Shown in pieces: positions 1-12,624 of a DNA stretch of 64,000 bases (positions within the stretch are counted from its first letter, which is position 1; the number at the start of each line of letters is the position of its first letter). Source of the stretch: Octopus sinensis (lineage: Eukaryota); NCBI RefSeq assembly GCF_006345805.1, contig NC_042998.1, forward strand, positions 103,664,001-103,728,000. The letters run 5' to 3'. The translations under genes and the position numbers were made by a program. The notes under the pieces were generated by a model, which saw only the letters and a list, made by a program, of their open reading frames with translations, did not search any database and had not been told where the DNA came from.

Positions 1-2073
1 CAGTGATGTCCTCTGCTCCTCAGTTACAGCTGTTTGCATATCACATCTTCTCTCCTCTATCTGTTTTCCGGGTATCAGTGTGAACAGCTTTGTCAGTTTT
101 GATAAGTTTGAACCCGTGACGTAATGTCTTAGAACTGATTATAACAAGGCATTGAGTAGTACATTAAGTAATTCTACCATAGAAAAATTTATGAATATTA
201 CTATACAAATTGTGTTAGAATTACTAATAAAAGACACCTTCCAGAACATCAATGAAGGCAGAATTTGATTCCATTACAGACAAAGAGAAATCATTATCAG
301 TTTTCAGTATATCTTCAAACGAAGTGGAAAACAAAAGGAAGACAATTATATCATATGTATTGATAACAACTTTTGATGTTCATACATTAAGCGTCAGTTC
401 TAGAACAGTTATAATTTATTAACGTACTTATGAGAATTTAATATTGTGTAGCCAACTTGTACTAAACTAAACCTTTTCATTTCGGTCCCATTAGGGATAA
501 CAAGAAAGGAGCTTTAATCACTAAGAGTAACCGATATGATGATTTAAATGCAATAACCCGATTATTGGATAGGAGAAACCTATTTCAAGTGGACAGTAAA
601 AGGGGTTTATACTAATTGTTGGATCTCGTAATGAGTATAGGAAATGTTTAGAGCTTCAGTTTATGTTATATATTGTCTTTTGGTCCATTTTCTTTATACA
701 TTTCATTTTATATCCTGTATTTACTAAAGCAATAGAACACTTGCACAAAAATCGAAAACAAAATTCTTAATTAGACTACAAACTTTACAAGCCCCACCTA
801 CTTTTCTGCTATTTATATATTCTCTAGTTATATAAAAAAAAATATAAGATATAAAATAAACCGTTTGCGTTAATTGACCGAAAGTAATACTGCTATATTT
901 TCCAGCCTGCAGCAAGATGAAAGTTTCAAAGATTTGTTCAGTGTTACTTCACAGATAAAACGTCTAAATAGGCTTGTTGTGGGGCATCTAGTGCACACAG
1001 TGTGGTCACGGTGACTCCAACACTAGAGGGCGATGTCTACTAGCAAATTCATATATTCTCTAAATGCACTTTGCATTCATGTTCACATAATAGAATAATC
1101 TAAAATGAAAGTAAATGGAGCATAGAATATATTCGAACATAGACATCATTTACATGCACGCATACGTACGCATAAACATACACAATATATATATTTATAG
1201 GTATTTTTCTGTGAGCATATATTTGCTTGTGTACGTGAGAGCGTACTTGCATATGCGTGAGTATTTGTCTCACGGCGTGGTTACGTGTGTGAGCGTGCAT
1301 TCTTTTATTCTTTTATTACTTTGAAGCCGAGGGTTGCGGCTGCACTGGAACATCGCTAGTGTAATTCGTGCTGCTTCGCCTTACGTTTCATGCCGCTGTT
1401 CTCTGTTGCGTTTCGTCGTACGACATTGGTTCGTTTGGAATTGTACATATTTGGTTATACAGGCTCTTCTGGAATACATCTAAATCCACATGTAGTTTTG
1501 TAATTTTCGTTGAACAAATATTAAAACGCTTTGGTGCTGAACCTGGTTTGTTGCAATGTATAGTCATGATTTTCGATGAAAAGGATGGACGGGGATCTTC
1601 GGGACTATGCAGTGGCTATTCATCGTCAAAAACTTACTTCGTTTCCTTTTTTATTATATTTTGATAAACCCACGACTATTCGTATTCGACACCAGACCTG
1701 TTCTGGCACTATAATTCTATATATCGATAGCAGAGTTACCTCGCGCCATCTATAGCGTCTGAGCGTTCACTGTTGACAAGGCCAGGAAAGGCCGATATCA
1801 GTGTGATCTGGTAGGCCTCGGAACCTGCCCCTCATGTGTTCCGAAGTCTATTAGGACCGTATAGTTAATAAATGCGCGTTTCTTAATTAGCCCGAGAGCT
1901 GATGATATACTCAGTTGGGTTCACTTAGTTGTATACATAACCTAAATATCCTTCTGCCAGTATCAATGTTGTATTCGATATATTGTTATATGTGCATTCT
2001 ATTGCTAACACAACCCGGGTATCTTAACATTTAAGAGTTTTATCACTTGAATCTTAATATATTGTTCAATATA

Positions 2074-3342
2074 CAGAGTGGGGAAGCAAAACTTGGAATA
2101 TTTTGGAAGCCTTATTTCTCATATATTCCTGAAAGTAAATACTAAAACATTGTTTTTTATTTCAGAGTGGAGGTAGATTGAGTTAATCTGAGCAGAAGTT
2201 CCAGTCATACGATCTAACATGCCCACTGAAGAGCCCAAGAGACAATGCATTGCAAATTTGCTTCGTGCAGGGGTTGCAATTAGACGTATTGCTCAGACTG
2301 TTGGAGCCTCTGTGAGCACTGTCTACAACGTTAAGAACCGAATGCTGGATATTGGAGAAATCAAGAGGAAGCAAGGAAGTGGAGACATAAATAAAAAACA
2401 GGATAATGCATTTCTTAAATCTCTCAAAGCCAAAATTTCGAAAAACCCAACTACATCCATTAGAAAATTGTCCATGGAAATGAAAGTTGATCCAGAGACC
2501 ATCAGAAATGTCGTACACACTGATTTACATTTGAAGTCATACGTGAGGACCCCGAGACACCTATTGACTCATGCAATGAAAGCCAAATGGCATGAAAGAG
2601 CCAAAAGGAGTGTAATGGACAAACCGTCAAAATCTTTTCAGGTGAAAATATCTTTACCGTTCATGCTGTTTTAAAATTTTCGCAATGATCGATACGTTGG
2701 TAAGTCACCTTCTGAAGCAAAGGGCGTCTTTAGGATCAAGCCCCCAGCTCAAGTCATGATACTGGGAGTTGTGGCGTCTGACGGAAAAAAAGATGCCTCT
2801 CCATTTTCTCAAGTCTGGTAAAAAGGTGGGCGCTGGCGCTTATAATAAAATCCTGCGGTGTAAGATTTTGCCTTAGCTGAAGTCTAACTACTCCATCGGT
2901 AAATATGTGTGGACCCAAGATTTTTCTCCTGCTCATAAGGCTAAGAAAGGGTAGAAATTCTGCGAATACAACTACACCGACTTTTGGCCCACTGACTTCT
3001 AGCTTCCTTCCAACCCAGAGTTGAACTCCCTGGACTATGCCGTATAAAGAAATTGGAGTACTCTACCAACAGAGCTTCGCATCCAAGTTTTGATCCTTTT
3101 AAGCAAATCCCGAGGGAAAAGTAGGAAAACATGTCTGAGTACTTCATTATGAAAAGTTACGATGCCTTCAGGCGGCGTGTGAAGCTATGGTGGACAATGA
3201 AGGCAGACATATTGAATAAATTGTCTCTTTATACCCCTATAAACTTGTGTTAAAATTATGTTTATGTCAGGTTGCTGGTTGTCGTAATATAAACAATTTG
3301 GTGAATTATCTATTATTTTCCAAGTCTTGCTTTCCTACCCTG
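2074..3342 (+). mobile_element. Tc1/mariner DNA transposon, DD37D (maT/Bmmar1-type), TIR-to-TIR but inactivated
   Basis: Imperfect ~27 bp TIRs: CAGAGTGGGGAAGCAAAACTTGGAATA at 2074, and revcomp of 3316-3342 = CAGGGTAGGAAAGCAAGACTTGGAAAA. TA on the left; CA (mutated TA) on the right. Hand translation gives VWTQD-FSPAH...FWP..F*LPSNPELNSLD-YAV, with 37 residues between the 2nd and 3rd Asp. Confidence 0.9.
2219..3218 (+). pseudogene. DD37D transposase pseudogene; the N-terminal HTH region is open as ORF 2219-2674
   Basis: HTH-like N-terminus (IRRIAQTVGASVSTVYNV; KNPTTSIRKLS), then VMILGVVASDG and catalytic motifs broken by stops and frameshifts. Confidence 0.85.
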
Positions 3343-3384
3343 CATAATATATAATATAATATATATATATTGAATAAATATCAA

Positions 3385-3440
<56 letters not shown>

Positions 3441-3448
3441 ATATATAT

Positions 3449-3512
<64 letters not shown>

Positions 3513-3784
3513 GAATAAGAAGGGGCAAGTAACAGGTTGCTTAGCCACATACCGCAAAATTAGAAACAGCAGTCAAAGACTGTTTATTTCTATTTTCTAC
3601 AAATAAGACTCCACGTACAACATATCCATGTAATACATAAATATGTAAGACAGAAGGGAAAAATAACGAAAGCAAAAGTCTAGGGTTATTTACATACCGA
3701 TATTTATATACCGAAATCTACCCGAAAATAATTGTTGGCTTTTTTAAAACTAATAATTATTTACTCTTATATTATTAATAATGG

Positions 3785-3822
<38 letters not shown>

Positions 3823-3951
3823 CTATATATATGAGGATAAGATCGTTATTTAAAATACCGATCTTATGCCGCTAGCATGGGAATAAAAACCTCAAAGGTA
3901 ATAATTTTATATATAGATACACACACGCACGCACGCACGCACGCACATACA

Positions 3952-4017
<66 letters not shown>

Positions 4018-4019
4018 AT

Positions 4020-4200
4020 AAAAGAAACGGAGAGAAAAAGACAAGAAAAACAATACAAGGACGTGGTACATGCGAAGTATTAATAAGACGCTCAGGGGAA
4101 GGAAAGAAAGGTTGTTTTACGTTTCCAGCAAAGTTCTCCTTTACAAACAGGAGACACAGGATAGTCCAAAAGAAAAGGAAGACGAAGGAAAAACTGTGTG
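4020..4200 (-). mobile_element. Penelope-like pLTR fragment with a degenerate hammerhead motif (4114-4148)
   Basis: Minus strand reads gttt-gtaaagg-agaac ttt gctg-GAAAC-GTA-aaac: stem I and the GAAAC/GUA half are retained, the CUGANGA box is decayed. Flanked by TA/CA microsatellites. Confidence 0.45.
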
Positions 4201-4227
4201 TATATGCACACACACACACACACACAC

Positions 4228-4271
<44 letters not shown>

Positions 4272-4273
<2 letters not shown>

Positions 4274-5358
4274 GTGTAATAAATAAAATATATGCATACA
4301 TACAAACATATATGTACGTACCTACATCTACATGTATATATACATGCATATATAAATATATATACACGTGAGTACAGGACACCACAACTAGACGTAGAAC
4401 TCAACGAGAAACGAAAAACGAAAACGGAAAAACCATTTTTTTACAACAGAAAAAACAAGTACAGGACATACTACACAAGGAAAAATTCCCTTTCATCGGC
4501 TGTCACTAGTTCGGCTCCAGCGTGTTTCGAAGGCAAGACATGACACGACTCGCCAAACTAGTCCTTCCTGCGAGAGAATTAAAATAAAATTGCCTCGCAG
4601 AGGGGTAAAAACAAGCAAGAAAAAAATGTATCACAAACAGGACGTAAAAACGATACAAATAAAACTACAAAATAAAATACAAGATAAAAATACATGTACA
4701 AGAAAATACAATACGAGAAATAAAAATAAACAAGAAAACAAACAAGAAAACAAACGAAAAAGCCTTTTTCTGGCTGAGACGGAGGAGATTCTAGCAGCGC
4801 ATGAGAACACAAATGTGTGTCTTTACAGTTTGAAAGCCGCGTGTAAAAGGAAGTAGTTTTGGCTAGCAGTGGCAAAGATGAGGAGGAGTGAGAGAGAGAG
4901 AGATAGAGAGAGTGAGAGGGGAAGGTAAAGCAAAGAGATAAAGAATTTCGCGTCATAATTATATATAAAACAGTACTGGGAGAATAAGAAACGGAACGAA
5001 GCGAACGAATCGAATCGAACCCGACGCGAAGGCGCTGTCAAACAATAGTGTAATAAATAAAATATATGCATACATACAAACATATATGTACGTACCTACA
5101 TCTACATGTATATATACATGCATATATAAATATATATACACGTGAGTACAGGACACCACAACTAGACGTAGGACTCAACGAGAACGAAAAAGCGAAAACG
5201 GAAAAAACATTTTTTTACAACAGAAAAACAGAGACGTAGAACACAACGAGAAACGAAAACGGAAAAACCATTTTTTTACAACAGAAAAAACAAGTACAGG
5301 ACATACTACACAAGGAAAAATCCCCTATCATCAGCTGTCACTAGTTCGGCTCCAGCGT
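4272..5358 (-). mobile_element. Tandem direct repeats (4272-4522 and 5046-5358), probably a PLE pseudo-LTR arrangement
   Basis: Near-identical ~250 bp blocks; the second has an internal duplication. The minus strand carries hammerhead-like halves (CCGATGA/CTGATGA and CGAAAC). Confidence 0.5.
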
Positions 5359-5855
5359 GGAGGAGGACTGCATACACAATGAGAATAAAATGGGTTTTAA
5401 TAAATAAAATGCTTATATACTCAAGAAACTACATCAGTAACTCATAAGTACAAGGTTTTCTGCAATTGGTAAATTCATAAAGTTTTAGTCAAAAATTCTT
5501 GCACAGCATAGAAACGCAAAACAAACATTAACCTAAAACATATAGATAAAATTCCGTGAAGTGCTTGAATGTTATATGTTCCCACCCGCTGCATAGCTGT
5601 TTATCTCTGCTCTTTTCCCTCTGTGCTTAGATATAGCTGTGTGTGTATATGTATGTGTGTGTGCGTGCATCTGTGTGTGCGCTTAAACAAATACACACAC
5701 ACAGATATATAGCTGTACATTCCTTAACTTATATACATAATTACTTTTATATGTTGTAGCATCTTGGATTAAATGTATGTATATATTATGTATATATGTA
5801 TATTTGTACATGTATTTGTAGGTGACTGCATATATACATACATATATATATATAT

Positions 5856-5886
<31 letters not shown>

Positions 5887-5933
5887 GTATGTATTAATAT
5901 ATATATATATATATGTTTATGTATATGTTTATG

Positions 5934-5964
<31 letters not shown>

Positions 5965-5974
5965 GAGAGAGAAA

Positions 5975-6031
<57 letters not shown>

Positions 6032-6597
6032 CAGATGTACATATGACCGTATACACACGTACGCACATATATGTACACACATAATTACCTATTTTTATAG
6101 CTCTAACCTATATACTGCCAGTATCGTTTTGTGGCGTTCAGGATGAAATCTGCGTGTTTGCACTCTTCCTGATTTATTGAATTTCAAGAAACTGTACACA
6201 CGTGCTAAGACGTATTCATCCATTAAGTTGGTAAAAGTGAATATATTTGCATTTATAAAGCAAAATTATTCATGAATATTCACGAGACTCCTTACATTGG
6301 AATCCTTGCGTTGACAAATTTCTCATATTAAAACACACACGAAATACATATTAAAAAAAAAAAGGGCCAACTAAATATATATTTGTAATTTTAAAGGATC
6401 TGTGTTAGTGCTTTTGAATTTATTAAATTTGACATACATTAAAGTGTAATAAATGAAGTATAGTAAAAATTTGCAGGATGTTTGTGATATTTGTGAATAA
6501 ACTATATCATATCTGTGTGTATGTATGTATGTATGTATGTATGTATGTATGTATGTATGTATGTATGTATGTATGTATGTATATGTATGTATGTATG

Positions 6598-6631
<34 letters not shown>

Positions 6632-7220
6632 TGTAGTATGTATGTATGTATGTATGTATATGTATGTATGTATGTATATATGTATGTATGTGTGTGTGTG
6701 TAGTTGTTTGTCTATATATATATATATTATATATATATATGTATTTATATATATGTATTTATATATGTGTGTGTGTCTCTCTCTATATATATTAGTATAT
6801 ATGTATATATATTCATATATGTGTATAGGTGTGTGTATACATGTAAGCTTGTACACACGGTATGTATGTATACATGTGGAATATATATAAATAGATAGAA
6901 AAATCTATGCATTTATACACATAACCAAATATATATTTGAATATATAAGCACACTTGCATATACATAAACATATATATATATACTTGTTTATACATACAT
7001 ATATACATACATATATATATGTATGTATGCATGCATGTGTGTGTGAGTGTGTGTGTGTGTACTAGTCTACCTGTAACTCGTTGGGTCACCGGGAAAGTCT
7101 GAGTTTCCCAGTAACGGAATTTTATTTCATGGGTTTTTTCTTTTCCAGTTTGTTTTGCATGCTTTAAACGAATGTGATATCGAAATCATGCGTAAATGGC
7201 TCCTTTCCCCAGAAAAGGAA

Positions 7221-7335
7221 AGATTTAGCTGCTATTTATTACACAGACTGCTACCAAATAACAGTTGTTTCGGGCCCTTTATCGCAAATAGTTGTTACGT
7301 GGTAGCAGGGCGTGCTAGAAATAGCAACTAAATCT
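7221..7335. repeat. Degenerate foldback/MITE-like inverted repeat (~50 bp arms)
   Basis: AGATTTAGCTGCTATTT...TGCTACCA on the left pairs with TGGTAGCA...AAATAGCAACTAAATCT on the right. Related terminal words recur near 3560, 31501 and 46040. Confidence 0.65.
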
Positions 7336-7930
7336 TTGGAGGTGACATACGTTGAATGCATTCGAAAAAACATATGGAGAAAGTTACTTTACACGTGTCT
7401 TTTATGAAATATTTACCGTATTTTTAAAGTCCTTTTCACTTTAAAATATTTCTAAATATGCCAAAAAACTTTTGTAATGGTATTCACTTGAAAATAATTT
7501 TAAAAAACATTATAATATTATCTGTTTAAAGAAGCTAAAATATAAATACTTACTGTACAAACAACTATTTTGAAATCACTTTCACTTAAAAAATATTTCT
7601 AAATAATTAAAATATTGTGCTTAGCAAAAGCGAAAATAGAAACATTTATTGTAGAAAGCAAATCGTATTTTTTCATCGTCAAGTGACTGTGTCTAATCGA
7701 AAGGTTAGAGTTTCTTCCCTTTCAGGATTGTCCCAGTATACACCGTTTTGGGGATTTATACCCTCAAACACCGGATATCTCAATAGCTTCTTGTCCGATT
7801 TACGCGAAACTTGTTTCATGCCGTTTGTATTAACATTTCATAATTCATTGTATTTTCCCATTATGCGCCAGTTTGGCTGTGTAAAATTGGAAGCAAGTAA
7901 GCAAGCAAGATTGAACTTCACTTTTACTAG

Positions 7931-7961
<31 letters not shown>

Positions 7962-7999
7962 TATATATATATAGATATATATATATTATATATATATAG

Positions 8000-8033
<34 letters not shown>

Positions 8034-8044
8034 ATATATATATA

Positions 8045-8144
<100 letters not shown>

Positions 8145-8597
8145 TCATAGATATATACATATATGTATGTCTTATACATGTTTTCTGTTTCGAACTGGTC
8201 AGAAGAAGAAAGGTTTCACAAACCTCCTTATTACAAGGCTGCCAATATTGTAAGTGAAAAGAAAGACCTATCGTTCACAGGTTGTTTTGAGACCAGAATC
8301 AAGTATTAAATGCTTGGAAACAATGAACTCTATACTAGAAGCAACTGAAGGCAAGATAGCGATGTTAAACAAGGTGACGGTTTAAATATCTCTTGAAAGG
8401 TACACAGTGCATCCAATATGGCTCTGTTTGCTCAGTGCACAGGACGAAGTTAGAATTGACTCTTGGATATTGTAGAACGCACATTCCCTAGGTGAATCAT
8501 AGTAGAATGGAACCCAGATGCACTTAATCACGAAGAAATTTGCGTACTTGTAGGAACATGATTGCATAGTAGAATTATTAACGTAACAACACAACGC

Positions 8598-8729
8598 TGA
8601 GTTCCAATAGGATTTAAAATTGATCATTCCAAATATAGAGTTTGTACTCAGTGTTATTAAATCCACTCAATAACACTGTGTACAAACTCTATACTTAGAG
8701 TGATGAATTTTAAATCATATTGGAACTTA
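8598..8729. repeat. Long inverted repeat (~60 bp arms, 10 nt loop)
   Basis: GAGTTCCAATAGGATTTAAAATT...CAGTGTTATT / AATAACACTG...AATTTTAAATCATATTGGAACTT. Confidence 0.85.
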
Positions 8730-8890
8730 CTCACAAGGTATTGGAATCTTATATGTATACAATTCTGCCTAAATAATGCATCTACAGATGCAATATCCTT
8801 GCATATCTCACATCTATTTTCATTCCTCCACTTCACTCTCTATTTCATATCTTATCTAAAATAACTATTATTTAACCATTTTCTCACACC

Positions 8891-8938
8891 GTCTCCGATG
8901 AAGGGATATATAAGATATCCCGGAAACAGCTGTAAGAC
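8891..8938 (+). ncRNA. Minimal type I hammerhead ribozyme-like motif (PLE type)
   Basis: GTCT-CCGATGA-aGGGATAT ataag ATATCCCg-GAAAC-AGCT-GTA-AGAC. Stem I is GTCT/AGAC, stem II is 7 bp, stem III is palindromic (ACAGCTGT). Deviations: U4C in the core and an A.G mismatch at the base of stem II. Confidence 0.75.
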
Positions 8939-9009
8939 TTATTTATAAATGTTCTAAAATCTCTCACAGCCTTGGATTTTTATATCATTCTGAAAAATGT
9001 ATATATATA

Positions 9010-9056
<47 letters not shown>

Positions 9057-9082
9057 GATAGATAAATAGATAGATAGAGACA

Positions 9083-9113
<31 letters not shown>

Positions 9114-9114
<1 letters not shown>

Positions 9115-9278
9115 GGCGCAGGTGTGTATGTGTGATAAGAAGGTTGCTCCCCGATCACACATGTATCCGGGTTCAGTTCTACTGCGTGGCACCTTAGCCA
9201 AGAGTCTTCTAGATTAGCCACGGTCCGACTAAAGCTTTGTGAGTGGATTTAGTAGGCGAAAACTGAAAGAAGCCCGTC

Positions 9279-9319
<41 letters not shown>

Positions 9320-9362
9320 GGCGGTGCATCAGCATGGCCACAGCTCTGAGCTGAAACTAGAG
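9114..9362 (+). mobile_element. tRNA-derived SINE family A (abundant octopus-type SINE), internally deleted
   Basis: Head GGCGCAGGTGTG...CCGGGTTCAGT...CCTTAGCCAAG, internal (TA)n, then a jump to the GGCGGTGC..CAGCATGGCC tail. Confidence 0.8.
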
Positions 9363-9452
9363 AGAATATATATATCATTTGATTCTCTGTCTGAACAGTT
9401 TTCAATCGAGGACTTTACATATTTCTCCTGCATGTACACTTTTGAAACCCCT

Positions 9453-9756
9453 TTGGATTAGGCAGACGGAAACTTAAAGAAGCCCTTCGTATATATATAT
9501 GTATATGCATATGTATATATGTGTGTGTATGTGTATGTTTGTTTGTCTGTGTTTGTCCTCCCAACATCGCTTGACAACCGAAGCTGGTGTGTTTACGTCC
9601 CCGTAACTTAGCGGTTCGGCAAAAGAGACCGATAGGATTAAGTACTAGGCTTACAAATAATAAGTCATGGGGTCGATTTGCTCGACTAAAGGCGGTACTC
9701 CAGCATGGCTATAGTCAAATGACTGAAACAAGTAAAAGAGTAAAAGAGTAAAGAGT
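9453..9756 (+). mobile_element. SINE family A, 5'-truncated
   Basis: Matches the body and tail of the full copy at 39725; ends in (GTAAAAGA)n. Confidence 0.85.
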
Positions 9757-10465
9757 ATGTATTCGCTCACATATATTTATAAAATTCCCTCTAAATTTAG
9801 ACTATGAGGAACGTGTGATGATTATTTTCTTATTCAGTTGTAAATATAAGTGATTCAACCAGCACCGCCCTTTCCAAATAAAAGGTAATAACTAAATTAC
9901 CCAAGTGTTTATTATAGATAACACTGGGGAGATTTTATTATACAAAAATACGTGAGTATTCATATTTCTAATGTAGAAAGTTTGTTGCTAGTTTCAAGTT
10001 GGTTTGGCTTATCAGTCTATTTTCTTGTTTTTCTTATAACTACTAACTCACTTATTATTTTTTTTGTTATACATTCACTCGCATGCGCACACATATACAC
10101 ACACGTACGCACGAACACGTACATGCATACACACATATAAACACACTCATATACACACATACTACACACACAAACATAAACGTGTGAGTGTATTAGTGTA
10201 TATATGTATGAATGCATGTATACACACACATATATATATATACACATTGTATCTGCACATATATATATATATATATGTACATATATATATATATGTATAT
10301 ACGTATATATATACATATATGTACATATATATATATATATACATATATATGTATATATGTATATATATACATATATGAACATATGTATATATATATATAT
10401 ATACATAGATGTATATATATATATATATATTTATGTATATATGTGTATATATATATATATATATA

Positions 10466-10502
<37 letters not shown>

Positions 10503-10544
10503 TATATGTATACATATATGCATATGTGTATATATATATATGTA

Positions 10545-10585
<41 letters not shown>

Positions 10586-12142
10586 TATGAACACACACAC
10601 ACGCACACATATATATGCCGCTAGATAGATAAGTTCCCGACTCACCAAAACTAGCCATAAATGTATAAATATAAGTTCACAACTCTTTTAACTGATAAGT
10701 ATTGCCTGTTATTCTCGAGGTCACTGTAAATTATTATCTGATCGTAGGTTTATTAATTAGTTGATTTTGTATGATCCCGCCTTGGAACACCAACCAAAAC
10801 TAGGTATTATCACGTCGTTATTTCATTTTTCTCAATAACATTACGGAACAACAACACCAACAATATTAAGAATGCGAAGGAAGAAAAAATAATCTAGTAA
10901 TATTAACGATAATAACATTAAAAACCAATACTAAGATAAGTTAAGCTATGCAACATAAAAATGCATAGAAATAAGAACGTTCTCAAATTAATACATATAA
11001 CCACTGATGTTGCGCCGAAATCGAAATTCCCGCTTCGAGACATCACTAATGACATACTTGTAAAAATCATAGATTCCAAGTCCTAAACTGAAGGAGATGC
11101 ATAATAGTTAAGTCTAAAGGTATGTTAATACTCGATATGACAAGTACTATACTGGGGCTTACTGTTTAAAACATACACTAAACTATAACTTATTTTGGTA
11201 GCTGCAAATTGGTTGAAATTGAGTCATAGGTCGAATCGATTAGAACTGATTGCCTCTATCGAGCGATAAAAAAAAATCGTTGTCTGTTTTATCCAACATT
11301 TCATTGAGTTGATATTGTTATTTATGCCATTATTGTCAATAAATCCCAGACATAATCTTCGGTAAAAATACAACGAGGGACGGTTGTCGTTTATGACGTC
11401 AGAAAAACTATGAACAAATCACAATGATCAAATGAAATTCGCTGGGTGACTCATTCTGTTCATTTAACAACCAATCGAACAGTAACTATAATCCATCAAT
11501 ATTTGCGTAGCTGCTTAATAAAGCAAAACACGCCTATCTGACTCACTGCCTACTCTCATTAATGTATTTAACTGCGAGAGGGTTGTACTTTAGAATCCGA
11601 TCAGTAAAAAAAAACGTATATTTATATACATGCATGTACATTAATACATAAGTAGAGAAATACATATATAAATGCACATAAAAATGCACGCATACAGACA
11701 TGGCCATAACAATAAGATATTCATTACGCAATCACATAGATTCGTGTTCGATCCAGAAGTTGGGTAGATTGGTCAAGAGTTTTATAAAACAGCCCCGGGT
11801 CTAACTAAATTTTGCTAATGGAACTTGTAAAGCTAAACATGAACAGAAGTTTGTGGGCTCAAATAAATAATTGTACTGTTTCTAGAGTGGGTGACTTAAG
11901 CCTTTACTAAGTTCAACAACAATATCTGGGCCTCTGGTACCTTCAGCTGAGGCAGCTTTGAGCATTCGGGTCAAATTCATATATTTATTTGGAAAGTGTG
12001 AGTAGCAGTAAATATTTCTTTCTGCCAATCAATCTTAATAACGATGCGAAAGCATTCTGGAAGCTGTTGGTCCTCCCCAAGTATTCCATAAGGAGCACGT
12101 GGAGAATGCATAGCTATGAGTACATGTATTTATACATACACA

Positions 12143-12271
12143 GGCGTAGGAGTGGCTGTATGGTAAGAAGCTTGCTTCCCAACCACATGGTTCCGGGTTC
12201 AGTCCCACTGCGTGGCACCTTGGGCAAGTGTCTTCTACTATAGCCTCGGGCCGACCAAAGCCTTGTATATA

Positions 12272-12326
<55 letters not shown>

Positions 12327-12520
12327 TGTATTTGTGTGTCTGTGTTTGTCCCCCACCATCACTTCACAACCGTTGTTTGTGTATTTACGTCCTTGTAACT
12401 TAGCGGTTCAGTAAAAGAGACTGATAGAAAAAGTACAAGACTTACAAAGAATGTCTTGGGGTAGATTTGTTCGACTAAAGGCGGTGCCCCAGCATGGCCG
12501 CATTCAGAAACAAAGAAAAG
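12143..12520 (+). mobile_element. SINE family A
   Basis: tRNA-like A/B boxes (GTGGCTGTATGGTAAG; CCGGGTTCAGTCCC), internal (TA)n and the family tail. Confidence 0.85.
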
Positions 12521-12624
12521 AATTATGTACATAATTATATACACACACGCGTAATATTTATATGTATGTATGTATGTATGGTGAAGATCGGTCGGAAGAA
12601 ATTCCAATATTTCATATATATCTT

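Larger units (their letters stand above)
8180..8990 (+). mobile_element. Penelope-like element 3' remnant: decayed endonuclease C-terminus plus pLTR with hammerhead
   Basis: Decayed reading YKAANIVSEKKD...FETRIK...LETMN resembles the PLE GIY-YIG C-terminal region. A hammerhead lies at 8891-8938 and the element ends at a (TA)n array. Confidence 0.5.

Noticed and set aside
100-900. Possible decayed RT (LITTFDVHTL at ~361)
   Set aside because: Single weak motif with no ordered companions.
1893-1945. CTGATGA-TATAC...GTATA as a hammerhead
   Set aside because: No GAAA box or stem I follows.
7061-7130. Minus-strand Helitron 3' end (CTAG plus weak hairpin)
   Set aside because: The hairpin is poor and no 5' end was found.
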